IMG/VR virus record: IMGVR_UViG_3300020044_009895
Span: 1-52,293 of that record
Length of the DNA stretch: 52,293 nt
Source: a virus
Taxonomy: Duplodnaviria; Caudoviricetes
Strand: one strand, 5' to 3'
Part shown: one piece after another, positions 33,838-43,547 of the stretch
Layout of the letters: the number at the start of each line of letters is the position of its first letter
Numbering within the stretch: the first letter of the stretch is position 1
The notes under the pieces: model-generated
Database searches by the model: none
Seen by the model: only the letters and a program-made list of their open reading frames with translations
What the model was told of the DNA's origin: nothing
Program-made: the position numbers and the translations under genes

Positions 33838-34284
33838 TCAATCCTCCGTAATGCTGGATCCGGTGGTCAGCCGGGGAATCACGTTCTGGCTGAAGTTTAT
33901 GTTTGGCGTCACCGTGCCGTTGTACAGTCCTGCCGCGGCCACAGAAGCGCTGGATGGGTACACCACAAAATGGGTGAAGGTTCCGGTGCTGGTAGTCGCC
34001 ACTTGGGGGAAGTCCACATTCCCGACCGGGCTGGCGCTTGCACTTGCAGCGCTTGTTCCAGACGTTACCGCCCACCCGTTTGCTGCAGTGCTCCGGTCAG
34101 TCAGTACCCTGGCGTATGCAGCGTATCCACCTTCGTTTGCCGTGGATCCGGCATCGCCCGGGTCGGCTGTGCACAAAGCCATCCACAGGCTGGTGGTTCC
34201 CCCGGTTGCTGTCACATTGGAAACGGCCGTCCCGTTGAAGGTTTGGCGCAGGAAGTTGTACTCAAATGCGTCGGACTTGCTCAT
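33838..34284 (-). CDS. Small virion structural protein (fibre-associated)
   Basis: MSKSDAFE...LWMALCTADPGD...YARV...VDFP...THF motif of a common phage structural family. Confidence 0.65.
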   Translation of the reverse strand: MSKSDAFEYNFLRQTFNGTAVSNVTATGGTTSLWMALCTADPGDAGSTANEGGYAAYARVLTDRSTAANGWAVTSGTSAASASASPVGNVDFPQVATTSTGTFTHFVVYPSSASVAAAGLYNGTVTPNINFSQNVIPRLTTGSSITED

Positions 34285-34285
34285 G

Positions 34286-34747
34286 TCATTCCTCCGGTAC
34301 CAGTTTCATTGCTCGGGTGTTGCCGGCGCCGTCTTTCTGCAGGTCGATGCGCCAGCCTTTGGGTGGGGGTGGGAGTTGCACAGGCTCCCGAGTAGCCAGT
34401 TGCTGGGCCATGGCTTCAGCACGCTTCTCGGCATCCTCGCAGTCCTGTTCTTCTTTGGTCAGTCGTTGGCACAGGTCGGCGCAGGTGGCACGTTCGGCTT
34501 CCAGCAGTGCCTCTGCTCTGGCTGCGCGCTCGGCGTCGTGCAGTCTGCCTTCTTGGGCTGTTCTGGTGCGTTGCTGCTCGTTTGCCAGTTCCTGTTCCAG
34601 CCGTTCACACTCGGCCTGCTCGTGGCGCACTTGCTCCTGCAGGTCTGCTATCTGCTGGCGCGCAATGGCTGCCGGGTCTGGTTGGCGGTTGATCGCCACC
34701 ACGGCCGCGGCTTGTCGCTTGATCTGACTGGCTACGCTCATTTCCAT
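34286..34747 (-). CDS. Hypothetical coiled-coil protein
   Basis: E/Q/A/R heptads; the start may be 34741. Confidence 0.5.
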   Translation of the reverse strand: MEMSVASQIKRQAAAVVAINRQPDPAAIARQQIADLQEQVRHEQAECERLEQELANEQQRTRTAQEGRLHDAERAARAEALLEAERATCADLCQRLTKEEQDCEDAEKRAEAMAQQLATREPVQLPPPPKGWRIDLQKDGAGNTRAMKLVPEE

Positions 34748-37326
34748 GCTCTTTCAAGGTCTGGCCCACGTTCTGGCGCCATCTCGCCTGGCCTCCAATA
34801 CCACTCCTGTCCATATTCCTTCATGGTCTTTTGCCGAATGGTAGCAAGGTAGCCAGGAGAAAGCATCTCCATTACGCGCTGCCAGATCAGGTGGTCGAGT
34901 GCAGCCTTGGTGTACCAGATGTTGTTTCCCGGCACAAAGCCTTTCAGGTCTTGAATGGTCTGGGCGGCCAGGTGTGTCTCTTTGCCTTCCAGTCGCTTCT
35001 TGGCTGCGTTCATGGGTTGCACTAGGCCGAGCTCCAGAAGCGGGCCTACGGTCGGGCCTGCCAGTACCTCGAGCGGTCCGGTGCCGTACCTGGTCTGGTT
35101 GGTGCTGGACAGAAAGTCGCCATAGATTCCAAGGGCACCACCCTGCAAGAAAGCGGCACCCCAGAATTTCCACCATTCCCTGTCGTTCATGGCTCGGGGG
35201 TCTTTGCCGGACAGCATTTCCCGGGTCTGGATCAGCATAGCCCCAAGCAGGGTAGTGCTGGCGATCAGGTAGCTGGTCATCACCGCTTTGCCCACCCCAG
35301 TCTCTGCATTGGCCACGGCATCCATACCTCTCTGGAGCATGGCCCATGGAAAGGCTTTGAACTGCAGGACGGACCGGGCAATCTCCCCTTTGATGGTGCC
35401 CCGCTGCAGGTCGCCATAGAAGGTCGCCCGTTCGCGCCAGCCTGGGGTGACAATGGCAAACTCTGATTCGGTGTTGACTGCCCCAAGCAGCTTGACTATG
35501 GCGGCTCTCCGAGCCTGTTCTGCTGTGAATCCCTCTTGCACAATGCCGGCTTGTTCAAGCGCTGCGTCTGGGATTCGGCCGATGGCTTCAGGTGTCAGCA
35601 CGTTCTTGTTACCGTTGCCCATGTCCTGGAGTTGGGCCAGCTGCCAAGTGTTCCAGTCGGTTGGCTGGATGCCGTATTGACGAAGCGTCCGGATATCGGA
35701 GTCCTGCAGGTTCTCGAACTTGACGCCGGCCTTGATCTGGTCACCGATCGCGCTCATCAGGCTGATGCCGAAGGCACCCTTGCGGATGTCGTTGATGGCG
35801 CTCATGCCGGTGATCCGCATCACGGCGTTGGCAATTCTGCCGGTGGTGCCTGTCTTGCCCAGCCCCTCGTAAAACCTCTGCAGGCCAGATCGAACCGAAT
35901 CAAGCATCAGGCCCTGCTGTTGCAGTAGCCGGCGGTCGGCGCTGTTGGTGGGGTTGAGCAGGGAGAGCTCGGTTGACCACCGGTTGAACATAGGCAGGTT
36001 GTTCAGGTGTGCAACTGCCTCCATCATGGCTTTGTCACCGAAAAAACTGGCTACTGCTGCTCCCCCGAGTTTGCCGGCCGTGTTCAGGTTTGCCACCCCA
36101 TCTGCCACCGCTTTCAGGTTCTGGCGGTAGGTCGGCTTCATCCTGCCGGCAGCGTAGTCCCACAGGTTGTCCAGGCCCACCGCTTCCCCTTCAAGTCTGG
36201 GGGTCTGGGTAGGGTTGGCCATGGCTGCTTCTTTGAGGGCGGCATCTCGCAGGGTTCTGTACGTGGTGTTCGGGTTGGGTCCGAAGTGCTCGACGAAGGC
36301 AATGTCGCGGGCCATGGTTTCCACATGCCCCTGGAGCACCTCGAGCACCGTCTTTTCCCCAAAGGTTTCCCAGTAGGCGATCACATCCTCGGCGCTCTTG
36401 AAGTGGATCTGGCGTTCCTCGGCATGCCGTCCAGCCATCCCTCCCTTGCCCATGGACTTGCCTGGTTCCAGGTTGGCTATGCCGTTGGTGGCGATGGTGT
36501 CCCATGCCTTGCCAAGAAACTCCCGCATCTGGGCGTCGTTCCATTGCTCCCCTAAGTCGTCCACGTACCGCTGCCGTTCAATCCGCGGCATGATTTCATC
36601 CAGCCATGCCTCTTTGCCGGCGGCTGCCACCTTTTCCTGGCTGTGATGTTGTGGCATACCCCAGTCGTCCAGCTTTCCGATCACCCCGCCGTTCTCGTTG
36701 AAGGACTGGCGGGCTTCTTCGGCTACGGTGTGGAAAGCATCTGCCCCTTTCTTGGCCAGTGCATCCCCTGTTTCCTCTCCCCGCAGTTGGCGCACCAGTG
36801 TCAGCAGCTTGTCCCGATCCTGCAGGAAGCCCATCCAGTCGTTCCCGAGGGCATCCCATGTGGGCAGGAGCTTGGAGTTCAGGTAGTCCCGGTAGCCTAT
36901 CACCCGCTGTTCCAGGCTTTCCACCTTGACCTTGCCGGTGTAGTCCCTGGCAATTGTGGCCTTGACGGCATCCAGTGGTTTCAGGCCGGCGGCTTTGATG
37001 CCATCCACATCAGCCATCCGGGCGCTCATGCGTACCAGTTGCAGGTGGGCATTGCGTTCGATGTTGGCGGCTTCGGCCTCGAGCTCTGCTGCGGCACGTT
37101 CGGCGGCTCTGGCCACCAGCGTTTGGGCATCGTCGGCGCCGGGTTTCCCCTGCAGGTCCAGCCCCAACTGCTTGGGCATCCTGACGTCGGAGCCCGGTTC
37201 CGCCCTGCCTGCCTTGATATCCAGCGCGGCCTTGTGCACCCGCTCATATACGTCCTGGACTTCGGCGTCGGTCAGTTCTCGGCCGGCGGCTTGGGCCAAG
37301 GACTTGATGCAGTTCATGTAGCTCAC
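34738..37326 (-). CDS. Internal virion (DNA ejection) protein
   Basis: GTG start at 37326 with GGAGG SD; ~860 aa, helical; GKDPR and GGALGIYGDF motifs of BPP-1/epsilon15 core proteins. Confidence 0.7.
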   Translation of the reverse strand: MSYMNCIKSLAQAAGRELTDAEVQDVYERVHKAALDIKAGRAEPGSDVRMPKQLGLDLQGKPGADDAQTLVARAAERAAAELEAEAANIERNAHLQLVRMSARMADVDGIKAAGLKPLDAVKATIARDYTGKVKVESLEQRVIGYRDYLNSKLLPTWDALGNDWMGFLQDRDKLLTLVRQLRGEETGDALAKKGADAFHTVAEEARQSFNENGGVIGKLDDWGMPQHHSQEKVAAAGKEAWLDEIMPRIERQRYVDDLGEQWNDAQMREFLGKAWDTIATNGIANLEPGKSMGKGGMAGRHAEERQIHFKSAEDVIAYWETFGEKTVLEVLQGHVETMARDIAFVEHFGPNPNTTYRTLRDAALKEAAMANPTQTPRLEGEAVGLDNLWDYAAGRMKPTYRQNLKAVADGVANLNTAGKLGGAAVASFFGDKAMMEAVAHLNNLPMFNRWSTELSLLNPTNSADRRLLQQQGLMLDSVRSGLQRFYEGLGKTGTTGRIANAVMRITGMSAINDIRKGAFGISLMSAIGDQIKAGVKFENLQDSDIRTLRQYGIQPTDWNTWQLAQLQDMGNGNKNVLTPEAIGRIPDAALEQAGIVQEGFTAEQARRAAIVKLLGAVNTESEFAIVTPGWRERATFYGDLQRGTIKGEIARSVLQFKAFPWAMLQRGMDAVANAETGVGKAVMTSYLIASTTLLGAMLIQTREMLSGKDPRAMNDREWWKFWGAAFLQGGALGIYGDFLSSTNQTRYGTGPLEVLAGPTVGPLLELGLVQPMNAAKKRLEGKETHLAAQTIQDLKGFVPGNNIWYTKAALDHLIWQRVMEMLSPGYLATIRQKTMKEYGQEWYWRPGEMAPERGPDLERAWK

Positions 37327-40300
37327 CGGCCACCTCCAAGCAGGCATTGCGCCGCGAGTTCGAATAGTCCCATGTCTTGGCGCTTGAGTTGTGCCATGGC
37401 CTGCGCTTCTGCCAGGTAATCCGATGCCTTCTGGTAGGTCGGGTTCCCTTCGCCGTCAGTACCGGTGGCGATCAGCAGGTCGGGGTTTTCCGCCACCATC
37501 CTCATGGCCTGCTGTGCTACAGGGTCTAGCCTCTGGTTCCCGGCGTCACGATTGGGGGTGGGGGTGCCTCTTCCTTCGGCGGTGGCGGCTCCACCTTGGG
37601 CGGGTTCGGCTGCACCAGCCGGCGTGCCACGTTCAGGAGTTGTTGCGTTCTCGTATCCATTGATTACGTCCCTCACTTGTGCCATGAAGTCAAAGTCATC
37701 GGCAGCGGTAATGGCTGCCCGTTCCACCCTGGCTTCGTCTATCTGCATGGCAATCGCCACAGCATCGGCGTCGACCACGTTCTTGGCCGTCGGTGCCAGC
37801 CCTTCAGCCATCACTTCACGTTGAATTGTAGCCCACTCCTCCGGGGTAAACATGGAGGAGGCGCTATCCCCTTTGCCATCCATCGATTCCATGAACTGGT
37901 CGTGCTCACGCAAGGCTTGCACCTGGGTGGCATCCCGTTCGGAATAGTGTTTGGTGCCACCCATCTCGTCCTGAATCATCTGGATCAGGCGATTCACCCC
38001 GCCATTGTCCATTTCGCTTGCAATGTCGGCATCGGTCAGGAAACCCTTCTCCTGCAGCAGCAAAGCCAGTTCGTCCACATTCTTGCCGGTTTTGCGGAAA
38101 AGGCCTACAGGTACACCTTTCTTGTCCGGTCCTGCAATGTCGGAGCGCAGGCTGGTATTGATTCCACCCAGTTCTTTGATGGCAGCCACCAGGCTTTGCG
38201 GCTCTTTTGGCCTTGGGCCCATGACCTTCATCAGGTAGGCCGGTTTGGCATCTTCAGCCAGGGATTCCATTACCGCTTGCATACCCATGAGTTGGCCGAC
38301 ATCTTCAAAGTAATCGGCATATTTCTCGTACAGGGCATCCACAATGGCATCGCCCCAGCGGGCTCTGGCAGTCGATTCTGCTGCCATGATGTCCTCGCGG
38401 ACTTGCTGCACTTCCGTAAGTACCAAGGCGTCCCCCGCAGTGTCGCCAATCCCACCACGAGGAGGAGGAGGAGTAGCAGAACTGGCGTCTTTCGGGGGGG
38501 CCTCGGTTCGGTTGGCCAGCATGCGGTCCATCACGGCGCGCACCTCTGGCGAAACTTCTACATTCAGTTGGGTTGCTGATTCATATACGGCTTTCAGCCA
38601 ATCCCTGAAGCGCTGGAACAGACTCTTGAGTGCGCTGGTTGGGGCCTGGCCGTCCCGCAGGTACCGCTCGAAGCCGCGGGCGAACTGCTCGTGGTACGGA
38701 CGTTTCTCGTCCAGCGTCATGTTGTTCCAGGTGTCGGCATCTTTGATGTTCCACCAGTTGTACAGGGTCTGCATGTCCTGCTTCATTCCAGCAGGTGCAT
38801 CTGGCTGGCTGGCAAGGTCGTTGGTGACCTCTAGGAAGAAGTGGCCGGATTCGTGCAGGAAGGTGCTGGGGTCGGCAGACTTGAGCAGGGCGATGGCCAT
38901 CTTGCCTTGCTGGTCAAATTGCAGGGCGCCGCGTTCGCCTTCCTGGCGCATGATGTTGTTGGTATCGCTACTAAATTTGCCCTTGTTGCCAATGGCGCTC
39001 TTGACTTGATTTTCCTCAAACGGGATGTAGACAGGGTGCGGATTCCCACCACCTTTGCCGGACCAATCCACAATTCCATCAAACCCAAGTTCTTTCAATG
39101 TTGCCGTGACCTTGTCGGGAATGGATGTCCAAGCGTGCTTTGCATCTGGGCTATTGAGAACTTCCACCCAGTCCTTCATGGTGCGGTTGTTCTTGTCCCA
39201 AGCATCAGCACCACCAAGTTTGGGGCGTGATCGATCGCGTTTTGCCGCTTGATTCAAAGCATCCATTACCGACTGCGGAATATCGTTGGTTACCAGAGGG
39301 CTTTGCATCTGGATGTAATTCTTGTAGACAAACGGGTAGGCCCCATGCGGGTCATCGAAGCTCAGATCCTTAACCGGGAAGTCACCAAGTTTTAGCACCT
39401 GCATGAACTCGACTTCTGAATTAAACAGAGAGCCACTGGTGAGCCATACCTCTTTAGCCGCTTTCAGTACATTGCCTTTGGCCTGTTTGATCTCGTAGTC
39501 CCAATGATCTTTCCCGGCCAGCCCATATTCTTCTGCACTGCCAAGCCGATAGGTGTCTTGCGTGTATCCCTCCGCATCCATGTTTGTCACATGGGGAAGT
39601 TTTTCAGAAATTCGCGCACGCTCCTCTGCGCTCAGAAAGTACCAGGCGCGATCCAGATCAACAGCGCTACGCATGCCCTTTGGCTTAAATTTGAACCATG
39701 CCTCGTAATTCTGGTTTTCTCCCGCCAGGCTGGTGTCTGCCTTACCTTTGGCGTATCCAGAAGCAAGCTCCGGGGAGCTTGTGTGGAATGCCATCGGGCC
39801 GGAGGTGGCACGCTTTTTCAGGAACTTCTCACCTACCCTGTCCGGGCGCTGGGTGCCGTGGTATGCCTCGACCACGATCTTCTGCCCGGTCTTGAAGTCA
39901 TGGGTTTCTGCTGCGGTTGACGTAATCAGCGGGGCATCGTTGCTCCATGCTTTGAAATTTGCGGTTTCAGTTTGCGGCACACCAGCCTGGAAGAGCGCCT
40001 GTGTATCCATTGCCTTTTCACGCATGGATGGGGTTATGTCGAAGCCGGGTTGCTGGGTTGGGGCCGACGGGTCTTGCGCGAGTTTGGCTTGCGCTTCGGT
40101 ATCGAATTCCCCTTTCAATTCCTTGCCGCGATACAGTTCCCAATACCCACCGGGCCGCTCTGGTTTCTTGATTGAGTACATCGAAACATCAACTTCCCCA
40201 ACCCGCCCCCCACCCAATTTCTTGAGCACATCGTTGGCAATGTTTGGGACTATCCGGTCATAAAATGCCTTCATCCCCTCCCCGCCGACTTTGAGGTCAA

Positions 40301-43300
40301 GGCCATGCAGACCTTTCCAATCGGATTCAGCACCCTCGGAAACTTTGGCTGCTATGTCCTTACCAAGCGTGTTTTCAATTTCATCCAGCGACGCGCCATC
40401 TTTATTCCAGACGGTCTTGCCCTCTTTCCCGACCACATCAACATCAAAGCCGGTGCCGCCCTTGGCTTTGCGGAATCCAATATTGGAAACATGCTTGCTC
40501 AAGTCATACCGTGCCGCCTGCTGCTCGCCATTCGTCCAGGCCACACGGTCAAAGCCGTTCTCGGCTGCATACCTGATCATGCGCTTGAGGCTAAGGCCTA
40601 CCCATGCTTCGGTCTTGCCGACGAAGGGGGCAGATGGCACACCAGCTCCAGCAGCCTCGCCATCTGCCCACCGCTGCGCGGCTTCCCTGTTTGCAAAGCC
40701 GGTTTCGATATTGCCGCGTGGGTCGGTCACCACCCAATCACCGCCGCCAGTAGCACGGCTTGCGCCAGTGGCATCCTGCGACACCGTGTACTCACCTTGG
40801 CCGCGGAACCCTTCCTTTTTCCCCTTCTGCGCCCAATCGCTCTGTATCTCCTCAATGAACAGCACCCGCTTACCCTCTGCATCGGTGCGCTCGTTGAAGC
40901 GGATGTGGGAGAGGATGTTGGGCTGGTCGAAGTGGCTAGACTTGAAAGTAGGAAATTCCCTATCAACAATATCTCGCGCTTCAAATTCCGGGTTACCTAA
41001 CTCAATCAATCTATTAAATCTCGCTTGCGCTTCATTTTTGCCGGATGGCAGCGTCAGCAGTAGCTCCCGGTAGTTCTCTCCGCCTGGTAGTTGCCATTGG
41101 CCAAACTTGGCGTCGCCGGTCTGCTTTCGCTCGTTCACCATATCCATGGCGGCCTGTTGAGCAGCCTCAATGGTCGGGTAATCTTTCGGAGCACCAACGT
41201 CTGTTGCCTCTGGCGTAAGTATCTGCAGCGTCGCTCCGGAGGCCCTGTTTTCGTTGTCAAAGAAAATGGTGACCGAATTGCCGTTTGGCAGCTTTGCGGC
41301 TATCAGGTTGTCAGTCTGCGGTTCCCAGTTTAGGTTGACAGGCTGGCTGCCTTCGCCAAGGGTAGTCTCCTCAACCTTCACCCCACCCTCTTTCATGAAC
41401 TGCTGTATCTGCTCTTTGGTTACCTTTCCTTGTTGCAGGTCGAGCCAATCCTCAAGGCCGGACCATTTGACTTCTTCAGCCTTTACCCCCTTGTTGCTCA
41501 GTCCCTTGATGTAGTTCTTCCAGTCTTTGGGGCTGGCGGATCCCATCTTGGCGGTGCCGATCTGGCGATCGAGTTCGGAGTGGTACCAGGGTACTGCGCC
41601 TTGGAATAGGATGTTGGGATTGTTCGGATCAAAAGTGCCGCGGTTGCCGGTGGCGCTTTTGATCTGCGTCGGCTCGAACACCACATAGACAGGATGCGCG
41701 ATTGCCCCTTTGGCGTCAGGCGATACCACCTTCAGCGAGCCGTCCTTCATCACCTTCACGTACTCATTGGTGATGACGCCATCGTACCCACGGCGTTCCA
41801 GTGAAGATTTTTCTTCAGCGCCGATGCCATTGAATTCACGTGCTACACCAAACCCCTGTTTGGTACCGGGTGGCAAGACATCGTTGATGTTGTCCACGCG
41901 AAAAGGATTCTTCATGGTCAGATAGACCGGCATGACATTGATCTTTTTCTCCGACCCGTCATATGCCTTGTCCATCTTGAAGGTTGCGGCATGCTGAGAA
42001 TACACATCCGCACCGGCCGCATCAGAAAAATAAAACCCATACCCGGCCATGCCTTTGCGCTGATCCGCCTTGCTGAAGGTGTCAAAGTCACCGTAGGTGG
42101 ATGAGTGATACACCACCATCGGCTTGCCTTCCGCATCCACCACCTTTGAGTCACCAAACCAGTTCTTGAACTCCGGGGTCTGGATTACGCGGTTTGCCTG
42201 CGCCAGCATTGGCCCTTCACCAGCCTGCCCGGTTATTCCCTTCATGTAGCGGTCGAAGAGCTCTTGGCCGGTTCTGCCGTAGCGGCTTGCCGTGGTGTCG
42301 AAGAAGGCTTGCCACAGAGTTGCGCCTGCCTTTGCTTCCTCTGGTGGTCTGCCGGCCTGCACCAGTTGCTCCTCGATCGTCTGGGCTATGGTCTTGCGGT
42401 CTGGTATCTGGGGTATTCCTTCCTCGGCTGCCACTGTTCTGGCGTGCTCCTGGATGGCCTCGCGGATGGCTTGATCTTGCTCAATTCTGGCAAGGTCTGG
42501 GTTGTACTTGGGCTGGGTGTCGGGCGTAGGAGAAGGGCTTTCACCAATGGTTTCCAGCGGATTGCCGGTTTCCGGTGTGATGATCTGGTCAGGCGGTGTG
42601 GTTTGCACATCCTTGACGATGTTGTCCACGTTGATTGGCCGGTCGTTTGCCATGTCATCAATGGCTTGGCGCATGCGCTGTACGTGTACGTCCAGGTCGG
42701 CGGCTGTTACCGGGGTGCCTGGTAGGCTGTCGGCGTTGATGTGCTGGGCTTCGCGCAGGGTGGCAAGTGCAGCCTTGTCGCTGGGTGGGGCGTCTTTCAA
42801 GAAGTTGCCAATGTCCTCCCATGCCTTTGCCCCTTGGGCGCGCATTGCCGGGTTGATGTGGGCATATCCCCCAAATGCCAGCCCCAGCAGGATGTCGAGC
42901 GTGAGCTCTGTTCCTCCAAGCGGCCGGAACTGTTCGGCTGCCTTGTCATCCCCCAGAATGGCTTTGCTTGCGGCTCGGGTGGCTACCCCTTGCGCCACGT
43001 TGAAACCCGCGCCACCAATCAGGATGCGCTGTACTGCGTTGGTTCCAAGTATGGGCATCCAAATGCCGGCGCCAAGGCCTAGTGCTTGGACTGCTCCCAC
43101 GGCTTGGGCTTTGCCCTGGCTCACCCCTTGCTGCACCAAGTCTTGGGCTTGGGCCATCTGGGTCGCTCCAACGGCCAGGGCTGGGCTGGCCATGATGGTG
43201 GGGAGCATGCTGAGAAGGCTTCCGGCCACTTCCCCTGCTACCCCTACCTCGTTTGGCCTGGGGGTCCAATAGTCGACGGCGGCTTGAAACCACTCATTGT

Positions 43301-43547
43301 GCTCTTTGAAGTAGCGGTCCTGGGCCGTGGTTACGGTATTCACCCGGTTGGATGCCAGCGCGTCTTGAACGATCGGGCCAACTGCGCCCACCATATCCAC
43401 GGCTCTGGCGGTTTTGGCCAGCCCTTGCATGGCAACCTTGGCGGCTCCCTGCATGAAGTTGTGGAACACCCCGACCTCGGGCGTCTGGGAGATTGGCAGG
43501 CTTGACGCCTTTTCCAGCATCTCCTCGGGGTGCAGATCCCAACTCAT
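37323..43547 (-). CDS. Large polyvalent ejected protein: two ART-PolyVal-like domains, an IEEIQSDW domain and an HExxH metallopeptidase-like domain
   Basis: FKNWFGDSKVVD..VYHS..GFYFS..GYDGVI..QIKSATGN; second copy AYHGT..GFDGIV..QVKSAIGN; TFLHESGH..HEQFARGFE. Confidence 0.7.
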   Translation of the reverse strand: MSWDLHPEEMLEKASSLPISQTPEVGVFHNFMQGAAKVAMQGLAKTARAVDMVGAVGPIVQDALASNRVNTVTTAQDRYFKEHNEWFQAAVDYWTPRPNEVGVAGEVAGSLLSMLPTIMASPALAVGATQMAQAQDLVQQGVSQGKAQAVGAVQALGLGAGIWMPILGTNAVQRILIGGAGFNVAQGVATRAASKAILGDDKAAEQFRPLGGTELTLDILLGLAFGGYAHINPAMRAQGAKAWEDIGNFLKDAPPSDKAALATLREAQHINADSLPGTPVTAADLDVHVQRMRQAIDDMANDRPINVDNIVKDVQTTPPDQIITPETGNPLETIGESPSPTPDTQPKYNPDLARIEQDQAIREAIQEHARTVAAEEGIPQIPDRKTIAQTIEEQLVQAGRPPEEAKAGATLWQAFFDTTASRYGRTGQELFDRYMKGITGQAGEGPMLAQANRVIQTPEFKNWFGDSKVVDAEGKPMVVYHSSTYGDFDTFSKADQRKGMAGYGFYFSDAAGADVYSQHAATFKMDKAYDGSEKKINVMPVYLTMKNPFRVDNINDVLPPGTKQGFGVAREFNGIGAEEKSSLERRGYDGVITNEYVKVMKDGSLKVVSPDAKGAIAHPVYVVFEPTQIKSATGNRGTFDPNNPNILFQGAVPWYHSELDRQIGTAKMGSASPKDWKNYIKGLSNKGVKAEEVKWSGLEDWLDLQQGKVTKEQIQQFMKEGGVKVEETTLGEGSQPVNLNWEPQTDNLIAAKLPNGNSVTIFFDNENRASGATLQILTPEATDVGAPKDYPTIEAAQQAAMDMVNERKQTGDAKFGQWQLPGGENYRELLLTLPSGKNEAQARFNRLIELGNPEFEARDIVDREFPTFKSSHFDQPNILSHIRFNERTDAEGKRVLFIEEIQSDWAQKGKKEGFRGQGEYTVSQDATGASRATGGGDWVVTDPRGNIETGFANREAAQRWADGEAAGAGVPSAPFVGKTEAWVGLSLKRMIRYAAENGFDRVAWTNGEQQAARYDLSKHVSNIGFRKAKGGTGFDVDVVGKEGKTVWNKDGASLDEIENTLGKDIAAKVSEGAESDWKGLHGLDLKVGGEGMKAFYDRIVPNIANDVLKKLGGGRVGEVDVSMYSIKKPERPGGYWELYRGKELKGEFDTEAQAKLAQDPSAPTQQPGFDITPSMREKAMDTQALFQAGVPQTETANFKAWSNDAPLITSTAAETHDFKTGQKIVVEAYHGTQRPDRVGEKFLKKRATSGPMAFHTSSPELASGYAKGKADTSLAGENQNYEAWFKFKPKGMRSAVDLDRAWYFLSAEERARISEKLPHVTNMDAEGYTQDTYRLGSAEEYGLAGKDHWDYEIKQAKGNVLKAAKEVWLTSGSLFNSEVEFMQVLKLGDFPVKDLSFDDPHGAYPFVYKNYIQMQSPLVTNDIPQSVMDALNQAAKRDRSRPKLGGADAWDKNNRTMKDWVEVLNSPDAKHAWTSIPDKVTATLKELGFDGIVDWSGKGGGNPHPVYIPFEENQVKSAIGNKGKFSSDTNNIMRQEGERGALQFDQQGKMAIALLKSADPSTFLHESGHFFLEVTNDLASQPDAPAGMKQDMQTLYNWWNIKDADTWNNMTLDEKRPYHEQFARGFERYLRDGQAPTSALKSLFQRFRDWLKAVYESATQLNVEVSPEVRAVMDRMLANRTEAPPKDASSATPPPPRGGIGDTAGDALVLTEVQQVREDIMAAESTARARWGDAIVDALYEKYADYFEDVGQLMGMQAVMESLAEDAKPAYLMKVMGPRPKEPQSLVAAIKELGGINTSLRSDIAGPDKKGVPVGLFRKTGKNVDELALLLQEKGFLTDADIASEMDNGGVNRLIQMIQDEMGGTKHYSERDATQVQALREHDQFMESMDGKGDSASSMFTPEEWATIQREVMAEGLAPTAKNVVDADAVAIAMQIDEARVERAAITAADDFDFMAQVRDVINGYENATTPERGTPAGAAEPAQGGAATAEGRGTPTPNRDAGNQRLDPVAQQAMRMVAENPDLLIATGTDGEGNPTYQKASDYLAEAQAMAQLKRQDMGLFELAAQCLLGGGR

